Assembly (NCBI GenBank): GCA_963824045.1
Contig: CAWGNW010000009.1
Coordinates: 4,709 to 68,708, forward strand
Origin: an uncultured Gammaproteobacteria bacterium
GTDB taxonomy: Bacteria; Pseudomonadota; Gammaproteobacteria; UBA9214
DNA length: 64,000 nucleotides
Reading direction: 5' to 3'
A model generated the notes under the pieces. It saw nothing but the letters and a program-made list of their open reading frames with translations, was not told the origin of the DNA and made no database searches. A program made the position numbers and the translations under genes. Below, piece after piece: positions 10,239-19,271 of the stretch (positions within the stretch are counted from its first letter, which is position 1; each line of letters starts with the position of its first letter).

Positions 10239-12146
10239 TCATGGGTCGCCCACGGGGGCTGCAATGGCGTCCGCGACAAGGATATCCACATTGTCCCCGG
10301 TCAGTGACATCAGGAAGGCAACCAGGTCGTCGATGTCGGTGGGGGTGAGGCCCAGTGGCTTGATCAGGGGGTCCAGGTTCGGGTTGGCCACACCGCCGGC
10401 GTTGTAGAATGTCACCACCTCCTGCAGGCTTCCCAGTGAACCATCATGCATATAAGGCGCCGTGAGTGCGATATTGCGCAACGACGGGGTCTTGTACTTC
10501 CAGCGATCAGCCGGGTCCAGGGTGATTTCATAACGTCCCAGGTCATTGCCCGGGTTGGGGATGACGTTGGCCAGCTCCAGGGTTTCGCCGGGTGCAACGG
10601 GGATGCTTGCCGCCACGGGTCTGCTGAAACTGGCCTGATAGCCGATGCCGGTATTGTGCAGTGCGTGATCGGTGAACAGGGCATGTGACGCCTCGAGTGT
10701 ATGGCAGCGACTGCAGCCAGCCTTGCCAGCGAAGAGGCGGAAGCCGCGGACCGCCGCTGCTGTCAGGGCATCCTGCTGATGGCCGAAATACCAGCGATCG
10801 AAGGTGCTGTTGGCAGACACCAGCGTGCGCTCGTAGGCGGCAAGCGCCTTGCCGAGGTTTTCCATGCCGGGTCCCTTGCCGGCGTATGCCGCCTCGAACA
10901 GGCCCCGATAGTCCGGCAGCCCCCTGATGCGTTCGAGCACAAAGCCTACTGACGGGTTGCCCATTTCGTTGGCTGCCAGTAACGGTCCCCAGACTTGCTG
11001 CTCCAGGTTTGTTTCGCGGGCATCATGGAACAGCTGCCTTGCATAGGCCACGTTGTAAAGCGTTGGGGCATTGCGGCGCACGCTGCGGCCCTCGATGCCG
11101 ACGGCCGTGGCCATTTCATTGACCGTGAATCCCTGTTCTGGCACATGGCACATGGCGCAGGAAATCGTGTTGTTGTGCGACAGGCGGCGGTCGTAGAACA
11201 GCTTCCTGCCCAGGTCGACAGCGGACCGGGTTAAGGGGTTGTCAGCGGGTTCCGGAACCGCCGGCAGGCCTGCTGGTGGCGGCTTGACGAACTGGAGCAG
11301 GTCCGCAGCCTTGCCCTGGCGGGTGGCCAGGCTTTTCGAGCGGGTTTGATAATCCGCGGAGGCATAATCGCGCCTGTCATCGCCGGGATCCTGCAAGGTG
11401 GGCCGGGGGCTGCCGGCCAGGCTGACTGCAGCGGGTTCGGCCATAAGGATGGTCTTGATGTCACTCACGAGGGTATCCGGGTGCAGGTACGAAACGCTGT
11501 AGATATTGCGAATGCGCGCCTTCCGGTCGATCAGGTAAACACGCAGGATATGCGACCAGGCACCGGTGGAATTGCCTTCCACATCGACTTCCTTCTTCAG
11601 GCTCTGGCCATAGGCCTGCAGCAGCGGTGTCAGCCTGGATTCCGATTCCGCCGTGAGAAACCACCAGTCGTTACCGGGTTTCAGGAAGGCCTTGCTGTAT
11701 TCGCGCAATACCTCCGGGGTGTCATGCACGGGATCGAAGCTTACGCTGATCAGGCGGACCGCTGCGTTGAGGTCGTCTTCCCGGGCAAGCCGCTGCTGTA
11801 CCTGACCCAGCACATAAGCCGCGAGCGGGCAGCCGTTGCTGTCGTTGCAGGAGGTATAAATGAAACTGAGCACGACAATGCGGTCGCGGAACAACTCATG
11901 CAGAGAATGCTCCACGCCGCTGCTGTCCAGCAGGCGCGCGTCCGCGGCCGCGCCCAGCGCCGGGAGTTCATAGCTGCCGGGGACCGGCGCGGCATACGGC
12001 AGCGGCAGGTAGCCCGGCGCCGGCTCCTGCCCGGTTGCATCCTGGTGCTGGCTATGGCCTGCACACGGAAGCGGCGACGCGACCAGTGTGGCAGCCAGCA
12101 CCCACCACGCCGGTTTGCAACCCTTCCGGCCCCCTGCAAATTTCAC
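10239..12146 (-). CDS. SCO1/SenC (thioredoxin-like copper chaperone) fused to dihaem cytochrome c peroxidase/MauG family domain
   Basis: The N-terminal part has the SCO1 motif FIYTSCNDSNGCPL. The C-terminal part has two haem motifs CAMCH and CSRCH plus a CCP/MauG-like core. Single ORF of 635 aa. Confidence 0.8.
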   Translation of the reverse strand: MKFAGGRKGCKPAWWVLAATLVASPLPCAGHSQHQDATGQEPAPGYLPLPYAAPVPGSYELPALGAAADARLLDSSGVEHSLHELFRDRIVVLSFIYTSCNDSNGCPLAAYVLGQVQQRLAREDDLNAAVRLISVSFDPVHDTPEVLREYSKAFLKPGNDWWFLTAESESRLTPLLQAYGQSLKKEVDVEGNSTGAWSHILRVYLIDRKARIRNIYSVSYLHPDTLVSDIKTILMAEPAAVSLAGSPRPTLQDPGDDRRDYASADYQTRSKSLATRQGKAADLLQFVKPPPAGLPAVPEPADNPLTRSAVDLGRKLFYDRRLSHNNTISCAMCHVPEQGFTVNEMATAVGIEGRSVRRNAPTLYNVAYARQLFHDARETNLEQQVWGPLLAANEMGNPSVGFVLERIRGLPDYRGLFEAAYAGKGPGMENLGKALAAYERTLVSANSTFDRWYFGHQQDALTAAAVRGFRLFAGKAGCSRCHTLEASHALFTDHALHNTGIGYQASFSRPVAASIPVAPGETLELANVIPNPGNDLGRYEITLDPADRWKYKTPSLRNIALTAPYMHDGSLGSLQEVVTFYNAGGVANPNLDPLIKPLGLTPTDIDDLVAFLMSLTGDNVDILVADAIAAPVGDP

Positions 12147-12179
12147 TGATGCGCTTCCCGTAATGTCAGTTCCGTTGCC

Positions 12180-13494
12180 CTAATACAGCGAATAGGCCCC
12201 GAACCGCATCTGGTGCGGGCTGCCGAGCTTCGCCTCCAGAAAGTCGATCGTGAACGCGGGTTGCAGCTGCTTGCCGTCCCAGTTGTAGGCTTTGAAGAAT
12301 TGCAGGTCACCGCCGGTGGCGGGCTGCTGCTTGTCCCAGTTGGCGAGCAGGGACGAGGTAAAGTAGATCCGCTTGCCATCCCAGCTTTGGGAGGCCATGT
12401 TGAGCTGTTCGCCGATTTTCTCGGCCAGAATCTGCCGGGGCTTGAAAGGATCGCTGATGTCATACAGGCGGGCCATGCCGTCGTTCCAGGTATCCACCCA
12501 CAGCAGCGTGTCATCCGCCGCAATCGACAGGTCCACCGGCAGCGGGAGCTTGCCGGGGTCGCCAATATCGGCGACTGCTTCAGCCTGCCATTCACCCTGG
12601 TCATCCTCGTATATCAGCCACAACTTCGAGGTCAGTGCGGTCATCGTGAAGCAGTAGTTGTGGTGCGGGCCCCAGGCGCAGCGAATCTCCAGCGGCGCCC
12701 CCGGTACGTCCAGAATCTTCTTCGGCTTGCGGGTATGCAGGTCCCAGACCACGACCGTATTGCCGAAGCGCTGCATGGCTTCGCTGTCCGCCATCAGCTT
12801 GCCGAGGTTCATCATGTAGTTGTTCCAGCCGGTGAACGAGGAGGTGATCATCACGTTGCGGCGCGGCAGTACGCGGACATCGTAGCCGTAGCCGTCGGCA
12901 AACTTGCCGGACTTTACCGCGCCCTGCAGATTGTCGTCGGTCGGCATCCAGTGGGTGGCGATGTATTCGCCGTCATTGGTGTATTCGACCAGCGCGGTGC
13001 GGCCGCCATGATCCCGGTTGTTGGAAAGACCGGTCAGCAGCATGCGCCCGGGCAGGGCATAGTTGGTATGCGGTCCGACCACGCCGCCGCTGGCTTTGAC
13101 AAAGTCCTCGATGACCTTGTGCAGTTTCGGATGTGGCAGGGTCGGTATGGATGTCGAAGATGAAGATCTTGCTGGTATCCAGACCCGAGGCCCACAGATA
13201 GCCGCGGTCGTCCGTCAGCCCGGAATGGTGTGCCTCGTTGCGGCCTCCGACCGACAGCGAGTCCACAACCTTGCCGTATTCCGGTGACTTCGGGTTGACG
13301 TCAATGGTGACCAGCTTGTCCTGCTCGTCACCGACACCCGGCGTGCCCAGTGTCCAGACGTAGACAAAATCTTCCTGGCCGACGATCTTGGCCATGTAGG
13401 GTGACATGCAGGTTTCGTCCGCCGAGACGGTCTGCAACGGTGTTGCGAGCAGCAGGACAAGGCACCAAGACCATGAATATAAGTTGATTTTCAT
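12180..13494 (-). CDS. mtoX: Selenium-binding protein SBP56 family / methanethiol oxidase (MtoX-like), interrupted by a single-base frameshift near 13135-13145
   Basis: The N-terminal frame has a signal peptide plus ...VDVNPKSPEYGKVV...HHSG...IFIFDIHTDPA. The C-terminal frame continues PKLHKVIEDF...PRRNVMITSSF...RIYFTSSLLANWDKQ. Both parts are collinear with human SBP1. A one-base indel in the ccctgcc run joins them. Confidence 0.75.
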
Positions 13495-13638
13495 TTGAAA
13501 CCCCCTCCGGTAAGTGGAATTGCCAGAGGCTGCATGAATGCCCGGTTTGTTATTCTCTGCTGGCAGCCTGCTGGTGTGAGCTTGATTTGCATGAGTATAG
13601 ACAAGAATCGGGGCTTGTCTGGGGCCCGGGAATCGCGC

Positions 13639-14682
13639 TCAACGGTCGTGTTCCCGTTCCAGGAAATACAGCTGCTTGTTGCCGAAGCCCTTGATCTCGA
13701 ATTCACCGCGCGATGTGCACTTGAATTCATCGTTGATCAGCCGCCAGGTTTCCTCGCAGAGGGTGATCTGCATGGGTTCGGACAGGCTTTCCATGCGTGC
13801 GGCCAGGTTCACGCCCGGGCCGAAGATATCGTAGACATACTTGTGAATGCCGACGATGGAGCCGATGACCGGGCCGGTATTGATACCGATGCGGCACAGC
13901 CAGGGCTCGGCGTGGGCGGCATTGCGGCGTTCCAGGTAGCGGCGGATGCGCAAGGCCACGCGGGCGACATTCTGGGCATGGTCGGGGTTGGCGTCCGGTA
14001 TGCCGGATACTGCCATGTAGGCGTCGCCGATGGTTTTGATGCGCTCGCACCCGAACAGCTCGACGATCCTGTCAAACGCCGTGAATATGTCATTCAACTC
14101 GGTAATAAGACCCGCCGGATCGTGGGAAATGGCCATGTCGGTGAAGCCGACGAAGTCCAGCAACATCACCGAGGCGCTCTCGAAACGCTGCGGGGTGGTC
14201 GTGCCGAAGTCTCTCATCTCCTCGTAGACTGAGCGGGGCATGATATTCAGCAGCAGCTTCTCGCCGCGTTCCTTCTCGCGGCGCAACTCGCGGGTGTGTT
14301 TTTCCTGCAGCTTCGAATACGAGTCCAGCAGGTATTCGGCCTGCTTCTGTTTGGAGATGTCATGGCACTCGACCAGCACCTGGTCCTGCCGGTGCGGGAG
14401 TTGCCGCAGTACGATCGCCAGCGGGGTGGTACGCGCGCCCACCTTGCTTTCATATTCGAAGCGGTAGGGGCGTTCGCTGCCGAGCCGGGCCAGGGCGCGC
14501 TCGGCCTGCAGTGCCGGGACCCGGATTGTCAGCGGCGCGTCGGCATCCTCGCCGGGCGGCAGCCAGTCGAAGAATTTCGCGTTCTCGAACAGGATGCTCC
14601 AGGTCGCCGGGTCCACCACCGCAATGCCGATGTCCAGCGTGTGGATCAGTTGCTTCAGGTCGGTGGCGCTTGCGTCCGTCAT
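13639..14682 (-). CDS. Class III adenylate/guanylate cyclase with N-terminal PAS-like sensor domain
   Basis: Cyclase core FTAFDRIVELFGCERIKTIGDAYMAVSGIP...VYDIFGPGVNLAARMES. The N-terminal ~150 aa are sensor-like. Its ATG overlaps the stop of the upstream globin gene (ATGA at 14679-14682). Confidence 0.85.
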   Translation of the reverse strand: MTDASATDLKQLIHTLDIGIAVVDPATWSILFENAKFFDWLPPGEDADAPLTIRVPALQAERALARLGSERPYRFEYESKVGARTTPLAIVLRQLPHRQDQVLVECHDISKQKQAEYLLDSYSKLQEKHTRELRREKERGEKLLLNIMPRSVYEEMRDFGTTTPQRFESASVMLLDFVGFTDMAISHDPAGLITELNDIFTAFDRIVELFGCERIKTIGDAYMAVSGIPDANPDHAQNVARVALRIRRYLERRNAAHAEPWLCRIGINTGPVIGSIVGIHKYVYDIFGPGVNLAARMESLSEPMQITLCEETWRLINDEFKCTSRGEFEIKGFGNKQLYFLEREHDR

Positions 14683-15041
14683 GATTTTTTGAGGATCATT
14701 GGCGCCCGCAGCTCGAGTTCGTTACGGACGGCGGCAATGTCGGAGGCGTCGAAGTCAAAGTCCTGCAGCGTTTCCGTCAGCAGTGCCACCATCTCGTCGA
14801 AGGCGCGGCGGTCAATGTCCATGTGGCGGTGCACGCGCTCGAGATGTTCGTCCGAGAAACTCGCCGGTCCTCCCATGAGATAGGCAATGAACTTGGTCTG
14901 GTGGTCGATGAGCCGTTTCATGTCGGTGTCCGCAAAGTACGGGCTTATGACCGGCGAATCGAGTACCAGGTCATAAAATGACATCACAATCCGGCTCACT
15001 TTGGCAAAGCCGCCGTGCCGTTCGAATATGGATTGTGACAT
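14679..15041 (-). CDS. Truncated haemoglobin (group I trHb-like)
   Basis: MSQSIFERHGGFAKVSRIVMSFYDLVLDSPVISPYFADTDMKRLIDHQTKFIAYLMGGPASF matches the trHbN signature (F..GG...FY..V..D......F......Q..F...GGP). Confidence 0.8.
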   Translation of the reverse strand: MSQSIFERHGGFAKVSRIVMSFYDLVLDSPVISPYFADTDMKRLIDHQTKFIAYLMGGPASFSDEHLERVHRHMDIDRRAFDEMVALLTETLQDFDFDASDIAAVRNELELRAPMILKKS

Positions 15042-15167
15042 GTGCGGGTCCCCTTGAAGTTTTTTGTGAGTTTGCGCATCGCGCGCCGGAATTTCCTGAA
15101 TAGTGTAGTGCCTCCCTGCAGGCTGTCACAACGGTCTTGCATTGCAACGCCGCGCAGAAACTGCACT

Positions 15168-16415
15168 TCAGGAGAGCATCCCGATCACCGCGCCCGTCAT
15201 GCAGGTCGCCAGCGTGCCGGCGGCAATCGAACGGATGCCCAGGGCGACGATCTCCTCGCGGCGCTCGGGGACCATGGTACCCAGCCCGCCTATCATGATG
15301 CCCAGGCTGCCGAAGTTGGCGAAACCGCACAAGGCATAGGTCATGATCAGCCGGCTGCGGGTATCCAACTGGTCGTCGGGCAGAGCTGCCAGGTCGAGGT
15401 AGGCAAGCAGTTCATTCAGTATGACCTTGGTACCCAGCAGGCTGCCGCCGGTGATCGCCTGTTCCCAGGGCAGGCCCATCAGCCAGGCGACCGGGGCGAG
15501 CAGCCAGCCCAGCAGGCGCTGCAGCGTAACGGGTGTGCCGCCCACATCCGGCAGCAGTCCGATACCCAGGTTCGCCAGGCTTACCAGCGCGATCATCACA
15601 ACCAGCAGGGCGGTGATGTTGATGAGCAGTTCCACGCCCTGCAGGGTGCCCCTGGTGATGGCGTCCATGCTGCTTTCGGCGCGCTGCGGCGGTGCCAGTT
15701 CCCCGGCAGTGGCGCGGCCTGTCGGTGGTATCAGTGCCTGGGCGATGACGATCGCGGCGGGTGCGCTGATCAGCGAGGCAATGAGCAGGTGGCCCATGGC
15801 GTCGGGTACGGCATCCCTCAGGATACTGGCGTAAAGCACCATCACCGTGCCCGCAATAGTGGCCATGCCCGTGGTCATCAGCGTGAACAGTTCGCTGCGG
15901 CTCATTTCCCCTAGATAAGGCCGGATGAACAGCGGTGCCTCCACCATGCCGACGAAGATGTTGGTGATCGAACCCAGCGCCAGTGCGCCGCCGATGCCCA
16001 TTGCTTTCTGCAGCAGCCAGGAGAGCGCGCGCACAATCAGCGGCAGGATGCGCCAGTAGAACAGCAGAGACGATAGCGCGCTGACCAGCAGGATCAGCGG
16101 CAGGGCACGAAACGCCAGGATGAAGCTGGAACCCGCACCGGTCTCCGCAAACGGCAGTTCCCCGCCGGCCAGGTAACCGAACACGAACGCGGTACCTGCC
16201 TGAGTGGCCTGCTCGAGTGCGCGGAGCACTTCGTTGAGACTGACGAAGGCCTGCTGGAAGGCGGGCAGCCAGAGCAGCAGCGCGGCCAGGATGACCTGCA
16301 GTGCGATTCCGGTCAGCAGGGTGCGCCAGGGGATGCGGGCGCGGTCCTCACTCAGGGCCCAGGAAACCGCGATAAAACACACGAGCCCCAGGGCACTTTG
16401 CAGTGCAAGCGGCAT
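15168..16415 (-). CDS. nupC: Concentrative nucleoside transporter (NupC/CNT family)
   Basis: Polytopic membrane protein with CNT motifs FVFGYL, GAGSSFILAFRALP and TYALCGFANFGSLGIMIGGL. Confidence 0.85.
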   Translation of the reverse strand: MPLALQSALGLVCFIAVSWALSEDRARIPWRTLLTGIALQVILAALLLWLPAFQQAFVSLNEVLRALEQATQAGTAFVFGYLAGGELPFAETGAGSSFILAFRALPLILLVSALSSLLFYWRILPLIVRALSWLLQKAMGIGGALALGSITNIFVGMVEAPLFIRPYLGEMSRSELFTLMTTGMATIAGTVMVLYASILRDAVPDAMGHLLIASLISAPAAIVIAQALIPPTGRATAGELAPPQRAESSMDAITRGTLQGVELLINITALLVVMIALVSLANLGIGLLPDVGGTPVTLQRLLGWLLAPVAWLMGLPWEQAITGGSLLGTKVILNELLAYLDLAALPDDQLDTRSRLIMTYALCGFANFGSLGIMIGGLGTMVPERREEIVALGIRSIAAGTLATCMTGAVIGMLS

Positions 16416-16601
16416 TTATGCGGGCAGCTGCGGGGTGTGTAAACGGGTCATCGGGCAGATTATGTTCGACCCGGACAGCCGGCGCAAATCCTCATAAGTA
16501 TTGCTGTTATTGATAAAGGCATGATTTATTTGACCCGCTGCAGCGCGGAACGCTAGGCTGCCTGTTTTGTTTTCGCCTTGCGTACTGAGGATGACAGCCG
16601 C

Positions 16602-17768
16602 ATGCAATCGGGACCCAGGAAGATCGTCACACCATTTCGGCCCATTCCGCTGGACGTGCCGGAAGGCATGTCGCCAAACGAGTTCTTCAACAGCACGGAG
16701 AACCTCAATGACCTGATGCACAACAACGGCCTGTTGATGAACCCGGAAAACCTGTTGCTGTATCGCAAGGCGCTGGGCCACAGCAATCTTTTCGATACCT
16801 CGATCATCTATAACACCTCCAGTTGCATCCTCAATCCGCTGGGACGACCGGTGCGGCGCACCCAGGTACCGGACAACGTCGGGCATGTCTGGAACCGCAT
16901 GAACCAGATCATTATCGAGTTCATGACGGACGAGTATCCGGACCCGCAATCCCACCTGGTGCTGGCCGGTGAGGCCAGCCTCGACGCCACCTGGCCGCTG
17001 ACCTCGCCCGGTGTGCCCAGTATCCGCATGCTGCACAATCATTTCATGGTGTTCAGCAAGGATGAACTGCGCAATGCTGAATCGGCCGACCCGAAGAATC
17101 CCAACCTCACCGACGGCGGCCAGAACAGCCTGTTCGAGGCCTACATGCATGACGTGTACCGCGAGTTCTTCGACAAGGCGCTGGACCTGGAGATGCTCTG
17201 GCCGGTGGGTGAAGGCAGCTCGCGCATTGACCTGACAGGCTACCCGCAGGGCCTGCCGAGCTGGGAAATCCAGGGTGGCGTCGCGGCACTTGAGGATATC
17301 CGTTTCTGGCAGGAATATGATCAGGTCCTGAAGGGATTCATCGATTTCTACCGGACCTTCTTCAGCCAGGTGTCGACCCGCAATGCCCCGATGCTGGCGG
17401 ATGTGTATTTCCCCGCCCAGGTCGAGAGCGTACTGCTGTTCAATAATGATTTCCTGAAGACGGCGAAGAAAGTGCGTGACCGCTGCGTGGTGGATGCCGC
17501 CTATGCCAATGCCATACGCTGGCAGCCGGCCTTCAAGCAGCTTGTCTATCGCAATGACGAAGGCAAGCTGATTGTCACCATCAGCCAGAATTCCATCGGC
17601 AATGCCATCACCGAACTGCTGGGAGTGGTGGTCGAACGTATTCCCGATGCGGCGGGTTATGAACAATATGAACCGCGGCTGATAGAGCAGTTGCTGGAAA
17701 TCCGCCGGCGCCTGGTCGAGGCGGACCTGGGCGAGGGGATAGAAACATCTTACTGGTCTGCGGCCTGA
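16602..17768 (+). CDS. Hypothetical protein (about 388 aa), no recognisable domain
   Basis: Long ORF with non-biased, protein-like composition, in contrast to the Arg-rich antisense ORF at 16416..17822. GAGGA lies 9 nt upstream of the ATG at 16602. Function unknown. Confidence 0.5.
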   Translation: MQSGPRKIVTPFRPIPLDVPEGMSPNEFFNSTENLNDLMHNNGLLMNPENLLLYRKALGHSNLFDTSIIYNTSSCILNPLGRPVRRTQVPDNVGHVWNRMNQIIIEFMTDEYPDPQSHLVLAGEASLDATWPLTSPGVPSIRMLHNHFMVFSKDELRNAESADPKNPNLTDGGQNSLFEAYMHDVYREFFDKALDLEMLWPVGEGSSRIDLTGYPQGLPSWEIQGGVAALEDIRFWQEYDQVLKGFIDFYRTFFSQVSTRNAPMLADVYFPAQVESVLLFNNDFLKTAKKVRDRCVVDAAYANAIRWQPAFKQLVYRNDEGKLIVTISQNSIGNAITELLGVVVERIPDAAGYEQYEPRLIEQLLEIRRRLVEADLGEGIETSYWSAA

Positions 17769-18017
17769 TGCCGGGGGACACTGATTAATCGATGTGGCCC
17801 GTCTTTGCGGGTAGCGAAGCATGCTTTTAATTCATGATCGGCTGGCTGGAAATTGCTTCGCCACTTCGTTTCCCGGTTACTGCTCCTGCGTCACCCTGTC
17901 TCCTGCATCCTTGCAATCGTCGCAATGACTCGCCAATCAGTGTTTCCCGGCGCTGCAGCGCCGGCAGCGCCCTGGTCAGGCGAAACGGTTGTGCCTGATT
18001 CAGGGGACTACAGGTTT

Positions 18018-18404
18018 ATGTGCTACGACATTATCGGTGATTTACACGGCTGCAACCTGACCCTGCAGGCCCTGCTGGAGAAGCCGGGTTACACAAGGCG
18101 CGACGCTGTCTACCGGCATCCGTCGCGGCGGGTAATATTCCTCGGGGATTTTATCGATCACGGGCCGCAGCAACGGGCCGTGCTGGACACCGTGCGTCCC
18201 ATGATCGCTGCAGGTGCCGCACTGGCGGTGATGGGTAATCACGAGTTCAACGCCATTGCCTGGGCCATCCCGGATAAATGGTGGATTATGCGCATGATGC
18301 GCCGCCGGTGTTTCCGGGGCACTACTGGATGGAGGGTGAGCCGGCCCCGCTGGCGGAAAATATGGCCACGGAATCCACGGAAGGAAACGGAGAAGATTTT
18401 TTGA
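18018..18404 (+). pseudogene. ApaH/PrpE-like metallophosphoesterase (Ap4A hydrolase/Ser-Thr phosphatase family), 3'-truncated by insertion of a MITE-like element
   Basis: MCYDIIGDLHGC...VIFLGDFIDHGPQQ...VMGNHEFNAIAW follows the PrpE/ApaH motif order GDxHG, GDxxDRG, GNHE. The reading frame runs into the inverted-repeat element at about 18360 after roughly 115 residues, with none of the C-terminal half present. Confidence 0.7.
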
Positions 18405-18503
18405 AAACTCCGCCGGCCTGAACCGGCGGGATCCGGTTACGGCAAAAGGCCGGACCGTGGGCTCGAAATGACAGTGTTTCCTTCCGTGGGTTCCGTGGCC
18501 ATT
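18361..18503. mobile_element. MITE-like element: ~30-bp terminal inverted repeats (TATGGCCACGGAATCCACGGAAGGAAACGG ... CCGTTTCCTTCCGTGGGTTCCGTGGCCAT-like) flanking a structured ~85-bp core
   Basis: The terminal arms are near-perfect reverse complements. The core holds a perfect 7-bp hairpin CCGCCGG-cctgaa-CCGGCGG. A shorter second copy is at 56519-56607. Confidence 0.7.
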
Positions 18504-18511
18504 GAGAAATC

Positions 18512-18904
18512 CTAGTCCTCGTCTTCCTCCACCCAGGCATCATCGCTGTCTTCCTCGACCGGGATGTCGTTATAGACGGCTTCATTGGAGGCGGGTGTGC
18601 TGCTGCTGCGGTTCAGGATGCTGCGAACACCGGCGCCGCGGTCCTTGAAGCTGCGGCGGGCCTTTTTATAGGCTGCGTCGAGTTCCGTGATGGCTGCGGA
18701 CTCATCCGGCTTGAGATCGCGCAGCTTGGGTTCCACCACTTCCCGCGAATATTCCAGGATCGAGTTACGGGAGAGGTTGAACAGGTACATCGTTTTACGG
18801 TTGCCGGTATCCAGCCGGTCGTCCCGAATGACCGGACTGCTGCGGTCGCCTGCCTGGAGGAAACCGTACCAAACCGGTGAGTTTTTCTTTGCGGTTCTAG
18901 CCAT
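18512..18904 (-). CDS. Hypothetical protein (130 aa; basic N-terminus, acidic C-terminal tail)
   Basis: ORF MARTAKKNSPVWYGFLQAGDRS...EEDSDDAWVEEDED with plausible composition and no known domain. Confidence 0.4.
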   Translation of the reverse strand: MARTAKKNSPVWYGFLQAGDRSSPVIRDDRLDTGNRKTMYLFNLSRNSILEYSREVVEPKLRDLKPDESAAITELDAAYKKARRSFKDRGAGVRSILNRSSSTPASNEAVYNDIPVEEDSDDAWVEEDED

Positions 18905-19098
18905 GATCTCTCGATACCTGAGTGAGCGGAATCAAATTGTCACGAAACAACACAATCGTATAACGGCAGTTTTCCGAATTTTATTCAGGTTTTGCGTTTT
19001 GTCCAGATTAAATTACACGCCGCGGTGTGCCGGAAGATTTTCTTTATAAATCAGCCCGGCGCAGCCTATAATATGCAGCTCTATCAAGACCTGTTTAT

Positions 19099-19210
19099 GG
19101 TGGCTTGTACCGGTCCCCCCGCGACGATAAGCTGTGAACCCCGTCAGGCCCGGAAGGGAGCAGCGGCAGCAGTGGACTCGGGCGCCGGGGTGTGGCTGGT
19201 GCAGGTCACC
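19099..19210 (+). ncRNA. ffs: Signal recognition particle RNA (4.5S RNA, small SRP RNA)
   Basis: GTCAGGCCCGGAAGGGAGCAGC matches the conserved domain IV of bacterial 4.5S RNA (CAGGUCCGGAAGGAAGCAGC). The ends GGTGGC.../...GGTCACC can pair. It sits immediately upstream of dnaX, as in Pseudomonas. Confidence 0.7.
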
Positions 19211-19271
19211 TCCATTCCCTGCCTGCGCGCGGCAAGAAACACGGATATATAACAAGGCATAGTTCATCCAT

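Noticed and set aside
10278-10292. Additional DnaA-box-like ATATCCACA inside the 3' end of the SCO1-MauG coding region
   Set aside because: Single degenerate box inside coding sequence. Possibly chance. Not counted in the cluster.
16416-17822. 468-aa minus-strand ORF overlapping the 16602-17768 gene
   Set aside because: Arg/Gly/His-rich shadow ORF typical of the antisense strand in high-GC DNA. The plus-strand ORF has protein-like composition and an SD.
18277-18420. Alternative +2-frame continuation of the phosphatase (MVDYAHDAPPVFRGHYWMEGEPAPLAENMATESTEG)
   Set aside because: It runs straight into the inverted-repeat arm of the MITE-like element and lacks the conserved C-terminal metallophosphatase motifs. 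It is consistent with truncation, not a rescued full-length gene.
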